From sequence record SRR20825019_1298: a stretch of 64,000 nt of DNA; one strand, 5' to 3'. A model generated the notes under the pieces. That model was not told where the DNA came from. It saw only the letters and a list, made by a program, of their open reading frames with translations, and searched no databases. Positions 44,072 to 53,460 of the stretch are shown piece by piece. The position numbers and the translations under genes were made by a program. How positions within the stretch are numbered: the stretch's first letter is position 1; the number at the start of each line of letters is the position of its first letter.

Positions 44072-45301
44072 TTAATAAACATCTGAGAGCGCGCGCATCT
44101 CAACCCCTGGCAGAGAAGACACCTGAGTGAGCAGATTTTCCTGATTTAACGTACCTTTAGCTTGGAAGCTGTATACGTCATCTTTGCTTGTCCGGTTCAT
44201 CAAGCCAATCGATTCCAGGAGATGCAGGTGGGCAATGGATTCGCCAAGGGCGAGATAAAAATCCATGCCCGAGACTTTGCGTCGGAAAAGTGCCGGGAAA
44301 GTTTCAACAGGCGTGCGCGCTTCCGAGCACCATTCGTGAAGCGAGGCGAGCTTCTCGATGTGCCCGCCAATTAACGCGTCAAGCCGCGCCTGCAGGCCCA
44401 CGAAGACCCTGCCATGGCTTGGCAGCACCATCGGATCACCCGGCACTGCTTTCATGCGTGCAAGACTTGTAAGCCAGTGCGCAAGGGGGTTGGCCATAGG
44501 TTCTCGCGCATGAACCGATACATTTGACGTGATGCTGGGCAATATCTGGTCACCCGCAATAAAAAGCGGCTCGTCAAGGCATGCAAGACAGGCATGCTCA
44601 GGGCTATGACCGCGACCAACAACCACTCGCCACTGCCGACCACCAAGCTCAACAAGCGAGCCGTCCTCAATACGGGTATAGGTATGCGGAAGCTCATGCA
44701 CCCCGCGCTTATAGTTATCAAACCGGGCGGCCCGCACCATCGGCTCGAAAGAGCGGTCAACGCCGTGCTTGAAGAGAAAGTCCACTTCATGCTCCGGCAT
44801 GGTCGGTGTTCCGCCAAGCCATAGGCTTGACGCAAGCAGATATTCGGTTTGGGTTGTGGTAAATTCGGCACCAAAGCGCTCCACAAGCCAGCCGGCCAGG
44901 CCCAGATGGTCTGGGTGCATATGGGTGGCAATAACCCTGTGGATGGGTTTGCCGCCAAGGAATTCGCGCTCAAGGGCTTCCCAGGCTTCCCGGCCCCGGT
45001 TGCCGTTTGCACCCGTGTCCACTACCGTCCAGCCGTCGCCCTCGTCAAACAGATAGACGTTGATATGATCAAGTGACCAAGGCAGCGGGATACGGGCCCA
45101 GATCACACCGCTGGCGACCTCGATCGTGGTTGTGCCTTCCGGTTTACCGGTGAACGGAAACACGAGCCCTTCCTTGCGGGCTCGCTTCATCTCGCGGTCT
45201 TCAGCAGCGGCGTCCTTCGCGTTACGGTGGTCCGCAACGTCAGAGCCGTCCACCTCGTCACTCTCCGCTCCAGCGACAGCCTTTACTTTTTTACTCGTCA
45301 T
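44072..45301 (-). CDS. MBL-fold metallo-hydrolase
   Basis: THMHPDH, GHSPEH, GD, PSHG. Confidence 0.92.
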   Translation of the reverse strand: MTSKKVKAVAGAESDEVDGSDVADHRNAKDAAAEDREMKRARKEGLVFPFTGKPEGTTTIEVASGVIWARIPLPWSLDHINVYLFDEGDGWTVVDTGANGNRGREAWEALEREFLGGKPIHRVIATHMHPDHLGLAGWLVERFGAEFTTTQTEYLLASSLWLGGTPTMPEHEVDFLFKHGVDRSFEPMVRAARFDNYKRGVHELPHTYTRIEDGSLVELGGRQWRVVVGRGHSPEHACLACLDEPLFIAGDQILPSITSNVSVHAREPMANPLAHWLTSLARMKAVPGDPMVLPSHGRVFVGLQARLDALIGGHIEKLASLHEWCSEARTPVETFPALFRRKVSGMDFYLALGESIAHLHLLESIGLMNRTSKDDVYSFQAKGTLNQENLLTQVSSLPGVEMRALSDVY

Positions 45302-45369
45302 TGGCTTTCTCGCTTTCCAAATGCCCAAACCCAACCCGCAGGCTGCTTCACTTGATGCACAGCTCTCAG

Positions 45370-47163
45370 CTACTGACGAGCGAAACTTTCTTCACTCATT
45401 GCCATCAAGGTCGAAGCACCATCCTTAATAGGACCTAGAAGCGCCGTCGCAGAAGGCAACAACTGCTCGACAAAAAATTGCGCTGTGGTGACTTTGGCCC
45501 GAAGAAATTCCGGGTTGCCTTCACCACTTTCCAGACGCTTTTTGGCTTCCTCTGCCTGCACCGCCAGAAGGTAACCACCAACCACGGTTCCAAACAGCCG
45601 CAGATAGGGCGTTGCGGCCGCCGCAGTGTCCACCACCTTCTCAAACCCGTTGGAAAGCAGGAATTCCGCGGCTTCCGACAGGGCTTCGACCCCCTCGGAG
45701 AGCCGCCGCACCTGCGCCTCACTTTCGCCACACCCCTCGGCAACAAAATTACGCATCTCCGCAATTAAATTGCGCCAATGGGTGCCGCCGTCCATCATCA
45801 GTTTGCGGCCCGCGAGATCTAGTGCCTGAATACCGTTGGTGCCTTCATAAATGGGCGCGATGCGGCTGTCTCGGTAGAACTGAGCAACGCCGGTTTCTTC
45901 CACAAAGCCCATACCGCCGTGTATCTGGATCGCAAGTGATGAAGCCTCAACACCGATATCCGTAGAATATGCTTTAGATATTGGAGTTAGAAGGTCTGCT
46001 TCACCTTTTGCTTTAGCTTTCTCACCTGCATCATCAAGCTTATGAGCCCGGTCAAGCGCCCAAACGTTGCGGTAGACAATCGCGCGGGCTGCCTCTGCTG
46101 TGGCCCGCATTGTCATCAACATACGGCGGACATCAGGGTGGTGAATAATGGTGACACTGTCGCGGGATTTCGCGCCGATTTCGGCGGACTGCAAACGCTC
46201 CCGCGCGAACGTCACTGACTGCTGGTAAGCCCGCTCTGCTACCGCAACCCCTTCTAATCCCACACCAACTCGCGCGTGGTTCATCATGGTGAACATGTTG
46301 CGCATGCCCTGGTTTTCCTCGCCCACAATGTAACCGATGCAATTGCCCTCATCGCCAAATGACATCACGCATGTAGGGCTCGCATGAATACCAAGCTTAT
46401 GCTCGAGGCTTACACAGCGCACATCGTTGCGCTCGCCCGGATTTCCGGCAGCATCCAGATGGAATTTGGGCACCACAAACATGGATATACCCTTGGTGCC
46501 AGCGGGCGCATCCGGCAGCCGCGCGAGCACGAGGTGGATGACATTTTCCGCCAGGTCGTGCTCACCCCAAGTGATGAAAATCTTCTGCCCGGCAATTTTA
46601 TAGCTACCGTCTGGCAGTCGCTCCGCCTTGGTACGCAACGCGCCAACGTCAGAACCAGCGCTTGGTTCCGTCAGGTTCATGGCGCCTGACCATTCACCTG
46701 TAATCATTTTAGGCAGATAGGTCTGGCGCTGTTCTTCCGTGCCATGCGCAGCGATCGCTTCAATCGCGCCAGCGGTCAACAGCGACAGCAAGCTATAGGC
46801 CATGTTGCCTGAGGTTACCATCTCGGTCACCGCGATCGAGAGCGCGTTTGGTAGCCCCTGCCCGCCCAATTCAGGATCGGCTGACAATGTGGACCAGCCG
46901 CCTTCAACATAGGCCTGATGCATAGGTTTAAACGCATCCGGGGTGATAACAGTGTCACCCTCAAGCCGTGCACCGATTTCGTCCCCAATGCGGTTAGTGG
47001 GCGCAATTACGCCGCTTGCCAGTTTGCCTGCTTCTTCAAGCACGGCGGCGGCCAATTCTTCGCTCGCCTCCTCAAATCCGGGCATATCTGCCCATTCTTT
47101 CATTCCGGCTACGGTCTCAAGGGCAAAGCTAATCTCTTCAAGCGGTGCGATATAGTCACTCAT
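45370..47163 (-). CDS. Acyl-CoA dehydrogenase (DmdC/FadE5-like)
   Basis: MNLTEPSAGSD, EHKLGIHASPTC, IYEGTNGIQALDL. Confidence 0.94.
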   Translation of the reverse strand: MSDYIAPLEEISFALETVAGMKEWADMPGFEEASEELAAAVLEEAGKLASGVIAPTNRIGDEIGARLEGDTVITPDAFKPMHQAYVEGGWSTLSADPELGGQGLPNALSIAVTEMVTSGNMAYSLLSLLTAGAIEAIAAHGTEEQRQTYLPKMITGEWSGAMNLTEPSAGSDVGALRTKAERLPDGSYKIAGQKIFITWGEHDLAENVIHLVLARLPDAPAGTKGISMFVVPKFHLDAAGNPGERNDVRCVSLEHKLGIHASPTCVMSFGDEGNCIGYIVGEENQGMRNMFTMMNHARVGVGLEGVAVAERAYQQSVTFARERLQSAEIGAKSRDSVTIIHHPDVRRMLMTMRATAEAARAIVYRNVWALDRAHKLDDAGEKAKAKGEADLLTPISKAYSTDIGVEASSLAIQIHGGMGFVEETGVAQFYRDSRIAPIYEGTNGIQALDLAGRKLMMDGGTHWRNLIAEMRNFVAEGCGESEAQVRRLSEGVEALSEAAEFLLSNGFEKVVDTAAAATPYLRLFGTVVGGYLLAVQAEEAKKRLESGEGNPEFLRAKVTTAQFFVEQLLPSATALLGPIKDGASTLMAMSEESFARQ

Positions 47164-47308
47164 TCATCTACTTCCTGTTAAAAGTGCCATCATATCCATT
47201 AAGGCATTGTCAGCCGAGGCACAGTCGCCTATCAGCTATAGAGGTTACCAGCCTGTGGGGCTCCACGGCTGGGTATTTTTGCTTTGTCCCGTTGAGCGGA
47301 AGTTGTGC

Positions 47309-48265
47309 ATGGCAACATTCAAAACTCAAGTCGTTTCTGAAAGACAAGATGGTGCGGTTTTGCTCGCTGTCGAGGAGTTGGCGCGAGGAAATCTCGTCGC
47401 AATCCCCACAGAAACCGTCTATGGTCTGGCCGCTGACGCTACGGAACTTGGTGCAGTGCAGCAAATTTATGCCGTAAAGGGCCGCCCGTCCACCAATCCG
47501 CTCATCTGCCATGTCGCCGATATCGATATGGCAAAAAAATATGTTGAGATCTCGCCTCTCGCCGAGCAGTTAATGCAGCATTTCTGGCCTGGGCCGCTTA
47601 CTTTGGTGCTTCCAAGCCTGCCGGGATTCGGTATTGCCTCACCGGTTTCGGCCGGTTTAACCACGCTGGCCGTTCGTTGTCCCGAAAGTGAAACAGCGCG
47701 GCTGATCATCGCTAAGCTGGGCAAGCCACTGGCTGCACCCAGCGCCAATCCTTCCGGCAAGTTATCGCCTACTTCAGCAAATGACGTCCTGGCTGAACTT
47801 GGCGGCCAAATACCCCTCATTGTCGATGGTGGCGACACTCAGGTAGGTATTGAATCGGCCATCATCGGCGTAACTGACGAGAAACTCACCCTGCTTCGCC
47901 CCGGCAGTATCACTGCAGATGATATTACTGCAGTTGTGCATACGCCGGTTTTCGACAGGAACAGCAACCAGATCACCGCCCCCGGCCAACTTGCAAGCCA
48001 TTACGCCCCGACGGCGAAGGTGCGGTTGAATGCGCATTCAGCGGAGGCCGGAGAAATATTGATCGGGTTTGGTGAGGTAGCTGGAGATATGAACCTTAGC
48101 GCCTCATCTAAATTAGAAGAAGCTGCGCATAACCTATTTAAATTCATGAGAAAAGCTGACTTGATGAGTCCTTCTTGCATTGCGATCGCGCCTATTCCCA
48201 ATCACGGTGTTGGCATAGCAATCAACGACCGGCTGCACCGCGCGGCAGCCCCAAGGAACCGCTGA
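47309..48265 (+). CDS. sua5: L-threonylcarbamoyladenylate synthase (Sua5/TsaC)
   Basis: PTETVYGL, KGRP, PSANPSG, HYAP. Confidence 0.93.
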   Translation: MATFKTQVVSERQDGAVLLAVEELARGNLVAIPTETVYGLAADATELGAVQQIYAVKGRPSTNPLICHVADIDMAKKYVEISPLAEQLMQHFWPGPLTLVLPSLPGFGIASPVSAGLTTLAVRCPESETARLIIAKLGKPLAAPSANPSGKLSPTSANDVLAELGGQIPLIVDGGDTQVGIESAIIGVTDEKLTLLRPGSITADDITAVVHTPVFDRNSNQITAPGQLASHYAPTAKVRLNAHSAEAGEILIGFGEVAGDMNLSASSKLEEAAHNLFKFMRKADLMSPSCIAIAPIPNHGVGIAINDRLHRAAAPRNR

Positions 48266-49683
48266 TGCTTGCGGATATTCATATCGATAATCTGCTTTCA
48301 ATAGCAGGCCCCAAGGGTGCCACTCTTGATGCATCAGTAATCGCCCCTCATCTTAGGGAGTGGCGCAATAAATTCGAAGGCCAAACCTCTTTAATGCTTA
48401 TGCCCTCAGACACGACAACCGCGGCAAAGCTCATCACCTATTGTCATGAACACCATATTCCGGTCGTTCCCCAAGGAGGCAATACGGGCCTTGTTGGCGG
48501 CGGCATTCCCGGCCTTGATGGGCGCAGCGAGGTTCTTTTCAGCACCCGCCGCATGACAGACCACTGCATTGTTAACGCTGAAGATTTCTCAATCACCGCA
48601 TCTGCTGGCAGCACTGTTGCCGCACTGCAGGCCGCTGCATCAGAAAGAGGACTTCTCTTTCCGCTTTCTCTGGCGTCTGAGGGCAGCTGCACCGTGGGTG
48701 GCGTGGTTTCCACCAACGCGGGCGGCATACATGTGCTGCGCTACGGCACCACACGCGCCCTCACCTTGGGGGTTGAAGCCGTGTTGCCAACAGGCGCTGT
48801 GGTTGATGAGTTGACCGCGCTCAGGAAAAACAACACCGGCTACAACCTCAGCCAATTGCTTGTTGGTGCGGAAGGCACCCTTGGTATCGTTACCAAGGCC
48901 ACGTTTAAACTTTACCCGCAGGAAATACAGAAACATACCTGTTTTCTCGCGGTCGAGAGCCCACAAAAAGCGCTCGCCCTAATGGCTTCCGCACGGCGCG
49001 CCACTGGTGACCGTGTTTCCGCGTTTGAGCTTATACCTCGTATGGGACTTGATTTTGTGCTGCAGCATATCCCTGGCACATCGGACCCGCTTGGCGGCAG
49101 TTATCCTTGGTATGTGTTGACAGAGATCGCGACCAGCAAACCAGATAATGCGCTGGAGGCCGAGGTTTTATCATGGCTGGAAGCAGAGCTTGCGGCAGGC
49201 ACTATCCTTGATGGAGCCGTGGCAAGCTCCCTTCAACAAGCGCAGGATTTCTGGAAGCTGAGAGAAAGCATGTCTGAGGCCCAAAAGCTGGAAGGCGGCA
49301 GCATCAAACATGATATTGCGGTTCCCGTCTCCCGCGTGCCTGCATTTCTTGAGCGGGCGACCAGCGCCGTTCAAAACTTCAACCCTGATGCGCGCCTCGT
49401 GGCATTTGGGCACTTGGGGGATGGTAACATTCATTTCAATGTCATGCAGCCTTCGGGCAGCGACAAGGCCGCTTTTTTAGCAAGCTGGGAAGAGATGAGC
49501 ACCCTCGTCCATGATATTGTCATGGAATTTGGCGGGTCCATCTCTGCCGAACACGGCATTGGCACCCTCAAAAAAGATGAGCTATCCCGACTGAAGTCCG
49601 CCAGTCAACTTGCGGCCATGAAGGCTATCAAGGCAGCCCTCGACCCACACAACATCATGAACCCCGGCTGTCTGTTTACCTGA
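48265..49683 (+). CDS. FAD-binding oxidoreductase (D-2-hydroxyglutarate/D-lactate dehydrogenase-like)
   Basis: PQGGNTGLVGG, KNNTGY, GHLGDGNIH, AEHGIG. Confidence 0.92.
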   Translation: MLADIHIDNLLSIAGPKGATLDASVIAPHLREWRNKFEGQTSLMLMPSDTTTAAKLITYCHEHHIPVVPQGGNTGLVGGGIPGLDGRSEVLFSTRRMTDHCIVNAEDFSITASAGSTVAALQAAASERGLLFPLSLASEGSCTVGGVVSTNAGGIHVLRYGTTRALTLGVEAVLPTGAVVDELTALRKNNTGYNLSQLLVGAEGTLGIVTKATFKLYPQEIQKHTCFLAVESPQKALALMASARRATGDRVSAFELIPRMGLDFVLQHIPGTSDPLGGSYPWYVLTEIATSKPDNALEAEVLSWLEAELAAGTILDGAVASSLQQAQDFWKLRESMSEAQKLEGGSIKHDIAVPVSRVPAFLERATSAVQNFNPDARLVAFGHLGDGNIHFNVMQPSGSDKAAFLASWEEMSTLVHDIVMEFGGSISAEHGIGTLKKDELSRLKSASQLAAMKAIKAALDPHNIMNPGCLFT

Positions 49684-49687
49684 GGCG

Positions 49688-50275
49688 CTATTGGTTGCGT
49701 GGTTTCACGCCGGTCTTCTGTGCGTAGAACGCCTGAATAGTAGCCATATCAGCCGCCATATCACCTGTTGGCCTGAACACTGGCCCTATGCCGATTTCGC
49801 GCTTCCTGCTGTCAACAAAGGCGAGCACGATAGGCACCTCCGCCGCCACAGCAATACGGTAAAAGCCGCTTTTCCATTTTGTGACTTTGGACCGCGTACC
49901 CTCAGGCGCAAGGCCAAGGATCAGCTCATCGTGAGATGCGAAAGCTTCCGTTGCCCGTGTTACCACAGCAGCAACATCGCCCCCCTCGCGCTCAACCGGG
50001 ATACCACCCAACCAGTAAAACAACCAGCCAAGCGGACCTTTGAAAAGAGTGTGTTTGCCAAGGAAACGTACACGTAGCCTGAACACCCCAACAATCGACA
50101 TAAACAACGGGAAATCCCAGTTGCTGGTATGTGGTGCCGCGATCGCAACAAATTTTGGGATGTCCGGTACCTCGCCAACCACTTTCCAACCGCCAAGACG
50201 AAGGATCATCTTGCCCGCACGGTATAGCAGCCCTGAGAAAAAGCGGTTTTGGTAAATGAGCCGGCTGGCCATCAA
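49688..50275 (-). CDS. Lysophospholipid acyltransferase (PlsC family)
   Basis: PHTSNWD, PEGTR. Confidence 0.92.
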   Translation of the reverse strand: MMASRLIYQNRFFSGLLYRAGKMILRLGGWKVVGEVPDIPKFVAIAAPHTSNWDFPLFMSIVGVFRLRVRFLGKHTLFKGPLGWLFYWLGGIPVEREGGDVAAVVTRATEAFASHDELILGLAPEGTRSKVTKWKSGFYRIAVAAEVPIVLAFVDSRKREIGIGPVFRPTGDMAADMATIQAFYAQKTGVKPRNQ

Positions 50276-50360
50276 TGGGGTCGTCCATCTAGGTGAGGAA
50301 ATTTAGCGTGTGCTGCTGTAGCCCATAAAATAGGGGCGGACAAGCAATTGCTATAAACCC

Positions 50361-50450
50361 AAAATTAGAGCACGACCCCACTCAGGCAAAATGGGGCCGT
50401 GCTATACTCTTTTGAGTCCCCGTCAGATCTCAGGCAAAATCTTCTAGGTG
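50361..50450 (-). ncRNA. Putative sigma54-dependent small RNA with duplicated AUUUUGCCUGAG loops
   Basis: Lies between a -24/-12 promoter and a 12-bp terminator-like stem. Three hairpins, no ORF. Confidence 0.65.
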
Positions 50451-50461
50451 CTTTAATCATC

Positions 50462-50477
50462 GCAAGCGACATGCCAA
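50462..50477 (-). promoter_or_regulatory. sigma54 (-24/-12) promoter
   Basis: TTGGCATG-TCGC-TTGC versus consensus TGGCACG-N4-TTGC. Confidence 0.78.
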
Positions 50478-50493
50478 TTTTTTTATCGTTTAT

Positions 50494-50583
50494 ATTCAAA
50501 TACTTGTAAATACAAGTCCCGAATTGAAACAAACGCCACGTCCCAATATTGTATCATATTGGCACAACGCATCAGAATGAAAC
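50494..50583. promoter_or_regulatory. IHF-like site plus repeated candidate enhancer (bEBP) sites
   Basis: ATTCAAATACTTG (1 mismatch to WATCAAN4TTR) next to a T-tract. GTCCCG-N3-TGAAAC, GTATCA-N3-TGGCAC and GCATCA-N3-TGAAAC. Confidence 0.55.
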
Positions 50584-50590
50584 ACTTGGC

Positions 50591-51727
50591 CTAGACTTTT
50601 ATGGCCGAGGCGAACACAGCTTCATCCTGTTCATCGATCCAGAGATGTGGTGCGATCCGGAGCGTGTCACCCCGGACGCTGGCCGACACATTCGCAGCCT
50701 TGAGTTTCATGAGAAGCTCATCGCCTGCCGTTCCGATATGCACACCCAACAGGTGCGGGCCCCTGTAGGCTGCGTTTACCGGCCGGAAGCCTGCATCCAA
50801 GGCCAAAGCGGCAAATCGTGCGTTCAGTGCCATCAAGGTTTCCGCAATATTCTCGATGCCCCATTCAAGCAGTTGTCTGAGCCCCTCCCTATAGATAGGG
50901 GCGAGGATGAAGTTTGATCGCTCCCCCATATCGAAGCGTCGCGCGCCTGGCTGATAATCGCTCTGGTAGTTCACGAGACGGCGGAAGTCTTCGCTAGCCT
51001 TACGTGCGATCCAGTTTTGTTCAAGTGGCTTGCCCTGTTGCCAGCGCGGCGCCACATACATAACTCCCAGGCTATAGGGACCCATCATCCATTTGTAGCC
51101 GCCTGCGATGGCAAAGTCCGGGTCAACCTTTTGCATGTCAATGGGCATTGCACCGATCGACTGGGTGAGATCAAGCACCAACGCTGCACCGATGCGTTTG
51201 CAAACAGCCGATATGCACACAAGGTCCAGCGCCGCGCCTGATGACCAATGCACGTGTGGGAGTGCCACGATGGAAATTCTGTTACCAAACTGCTCCAGAA
51301 CCTCAGTAACCGCTGTGGTCCAATCATCGTCCTTCGGCGTGGCCACCGTTATGATCTCACCGCCGACCTTGTCCGCCAACGATTGCCATTCATAAACATT
51401 GGAGGGGAACTGTTCTTCTAGTACGAGGATGGCTTCACGGGGTGCCAGCGGCAGGTTTTTTGCCGCTGTCGCCATGCCGTAGCTTACGGCAGGGATAATC
51501 GCCATACTGTCAGCATCCGCATTCAGTATCTGGCCCGCCAGGCTGCGAATCTCTTCAACAACCGGGAAAAAATCATCCGCAGAAACTTCCCATGGGTGCA
51601 TGGAAAGTGACAATGCCTCCTGCCCAGCCCTGTGCTGCTCTTTCGTTAGCGGCGTCATGTAGGCAGCGTTCAGGTAACAGATATTTCTTGGTATATCAAA
51701 AAGGTGGCGTTGAGGTGCCAGTATCAT
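50591..51727 (-). CDS. Aminotransferase class V (PLP enzyme)
   Basis: YLNAA, DLTQSIG, GGYKWMMGP, RIAPH. Confidence 0.9.
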   Translation of the reverse strand: MILAPQRHLFDIPRNICYLNAAYMTPLTKEQHRAGQEALSLSMHPWEVSADDFFPVVEEIRSLAGQILNADADSMAIIPAVSYGMATAAKNLPLAPREAILVLEEQFPSNVYEWQSLADKVGGEIITVATPKDDDWTTAVTEVLEQFGNRISIVALPHVHWSSGAALDLVCISAVCKRIGAALVLDLTQSIGAMPIDMQKVDPDFAIAGGYKWMMGPYSLGVMYVAPRWQQGKPLEQNWIARKASEDFRRLVNYQSDYQPGARRFDMGERSNFILAPIYREGLRQLLEWGIENIAETLMALNARFAALALDAGFRPVNAAYRGPHLLGVHIGTAGDELLMKLKAANVSASVRGDTLRIAPHLWIDEQDEAVFASAIKV

Positions 51728-51760
51728 AATCTTCCCTCGCGTCTGCGGGGCAATATTATT

Positions 51761-52720
51761 CTAGTGGCCCCGGATCAATCGTTCGTATGCAATCAGCAAA
51801 ACACCAATAACCGATTTTGAAAACCCTGCAGCTTCCAAAAGTCGCGCCACGATTTTTTTATCGCCCTGTGCCAGCTTGCCTTCAACCGCCTCGTAAGGGC
51901 GGCCGAGCCGTACGGCAACAGCCATGGTAAACAAGCGAACATTGCCATTTTGCAAATAGTTGAGCAATACGTCTGAAGTTAGCCCTTCTATGGCCATCAA
52001 CTGCTTGAGGTAGTTATCTATTTCGGAAAGCGGCGCCATCTCAAGCGTGCGTGAGAAAACCTGCCGGTTGGCCATTGAGACAAGGTAAGACGCATAGTCT
52101 GTTGCAAGCCCGAACTTTTCCGACAGATACTCGCCGTAACGCCTTGATACCTTGAAGATGATGCGCTCGACAACAATCGGCGGCAGATCTGCGCGTTCCG
52201 CCAACTTCTCCATCAAACTACGTTCTTCCGGGAACCGCTCAACAACACGGTTGCAACTGCGTTCTGAAACTTCGGCGCCATCATTCTCTATCAAGCAACA
52301 CACCGCATCAAGGGAGCCAACATCGCTGATGGCAAAACTCACCGCCTCGGACAAGCAGGAACGCTGCGCAATGGCTTGCTGGGCGTTGGCGCCGCAACTC
52401 CGCACGATCTCTTCCAGGAAAGCATCATCAATGGCTTGGGACGCCATAAGGAACGGCATGGAGACTTGATCAATATCCTGTGAAAGTTTAGAAACCAACT
52501 CAAGCGGCAAAAAGCTACACGTACGCAACTCTTTGGCCAATGCCTCGCGTACAGATACCGCTACGTCTTCAACAAGCAACTGCGCCAACTGAAGGGCGTC
52601 TTCGTTGCCGTTGCCATTTTCCTGCCGAGCGAGAATTCTGCCGACTTTACGCGCGATCTCTTCGCGCGCGTTCTGGTCGATGTTTCTGAGTTCTTCCATC
52701 TGCGAAATATCGATACTCAT
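51761..52720 (-). CDS. DUF2336-like protein
   Basis: Helical protein with D..V.VR.ALA, AIAQR and L.EN.GA patterns. Confidence 0.75.
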   Translation of the reverse strand: MSIDISQMEELRNIDQNAREEIARKVGRILARQENGNGNEDALQLAQLLVEDVAVSVREALAKELRTCSFLPLELVSKLSQDIDQVSMPFLMASQAIDDAFLEEIVRSCGANAQQAIAQRSCLSEAVSFAISDVGSLDAVCCLIENDGAEVSERSCNRVVERFPEERSLMEKLAERADLPPIVVERIIFKVSRRYGEYLSEKFGLATDYASYLVSMANRQVFSRTLEMAPLSEIDNYLKQLMAIEGLTSDVLLNYLQNGNVRLFTMAVAVRLGRPYEAVEGKLAQGDKKIVARLLEAAGFSKSVIGVLLIAYERLIRGH

Positions 52721-52799
52721 GCAGGATCACCTAATCCATTCAGGCATTTTGTCTTTTCTATACTGTCGCGGTGCGAATACGTGTTTTGCACAAAAATTC

Positions 52800-53330
52800 C
52801 TAGGAAAAAGTGATCTCTTTTAAACCATTTGCGAAACGTTTGGCGTTCTCTTGGTATATCTTTGCTGACATATCTATCATTTGGCGCTCCTGCTCCGTCA
52901 GCTCTCGCACCACACGCGCCGGTGACCCCACAACCAGCACACCGTCCGGGAACTCCTTGCCCTCGGTAATGAGGCTATTAGCCCCCACGATCGAGCCAGT
53001 ACCTATTTTCGCGCCGTTCAGGATGGTGCTTCCCATACCAATCAATGTTTTGTCTGCAATGCTGCAGCTGTGCAGCATGACTTTGTGACCAATGGTGACA
53101 TCCTCACCGATAACGATGGGAGCGCCGATATCAGTGTGCAGAACTGAATGATCCTGAATGTTGGAGCCTTTGCCGATTGTGATAGGGTCATTGTCACCCC
53201 GGATAGTTACACCAAACCAGACACTAGACTGTGCTGCTAGCTTGACATTGCCTATAACACTTGCATTGTGCGCAACCCAGATGGTGTCATCCTCAAACTC
53301 CGGCTGCACTCCATCAAGTTCAAAAAGCAT
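52800..53330 (-). CDS. Gamma carbonic anhydrase family protein
   Basis: Hexapeptide repeats, RGD, NIQD..VLH, GH.V.LH. Confidence 0.94.
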   Translation of the reverse strand: MLFELDGVQPEFEDDTIWVAHNASVIGNVKLAAQSSVWFGVTIRGDNDPITIGKGSNIQDHSVLHTDIGAPIVIGEDVTIGHKVMLHSCSIADKTLIGMGSTILNGAKIGTGSIVGANSLITEGKEFPDGVLVVGSPARVVRELTEQERQMIDMSAKIYQENAKRFANGLKEITFS

Positions 53331-53460
53331 AAATCCCCCACATAAGTTCGTTATATTAGTACTTGGTCTCTAGGATGACGTCTTATTGACCTTAAATCAA
53401 TGCGGACAAATGCCAAACAATCGTTTATTAAGCCGCTTTAGGTCAAGAAATCGACACTTC

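Noticed and set aside
50361-50450. Glycine riboswitch on the plus strand
   Set aside because: GGAGA and CCGAAG elements are absent and no plus-strand gene follows.
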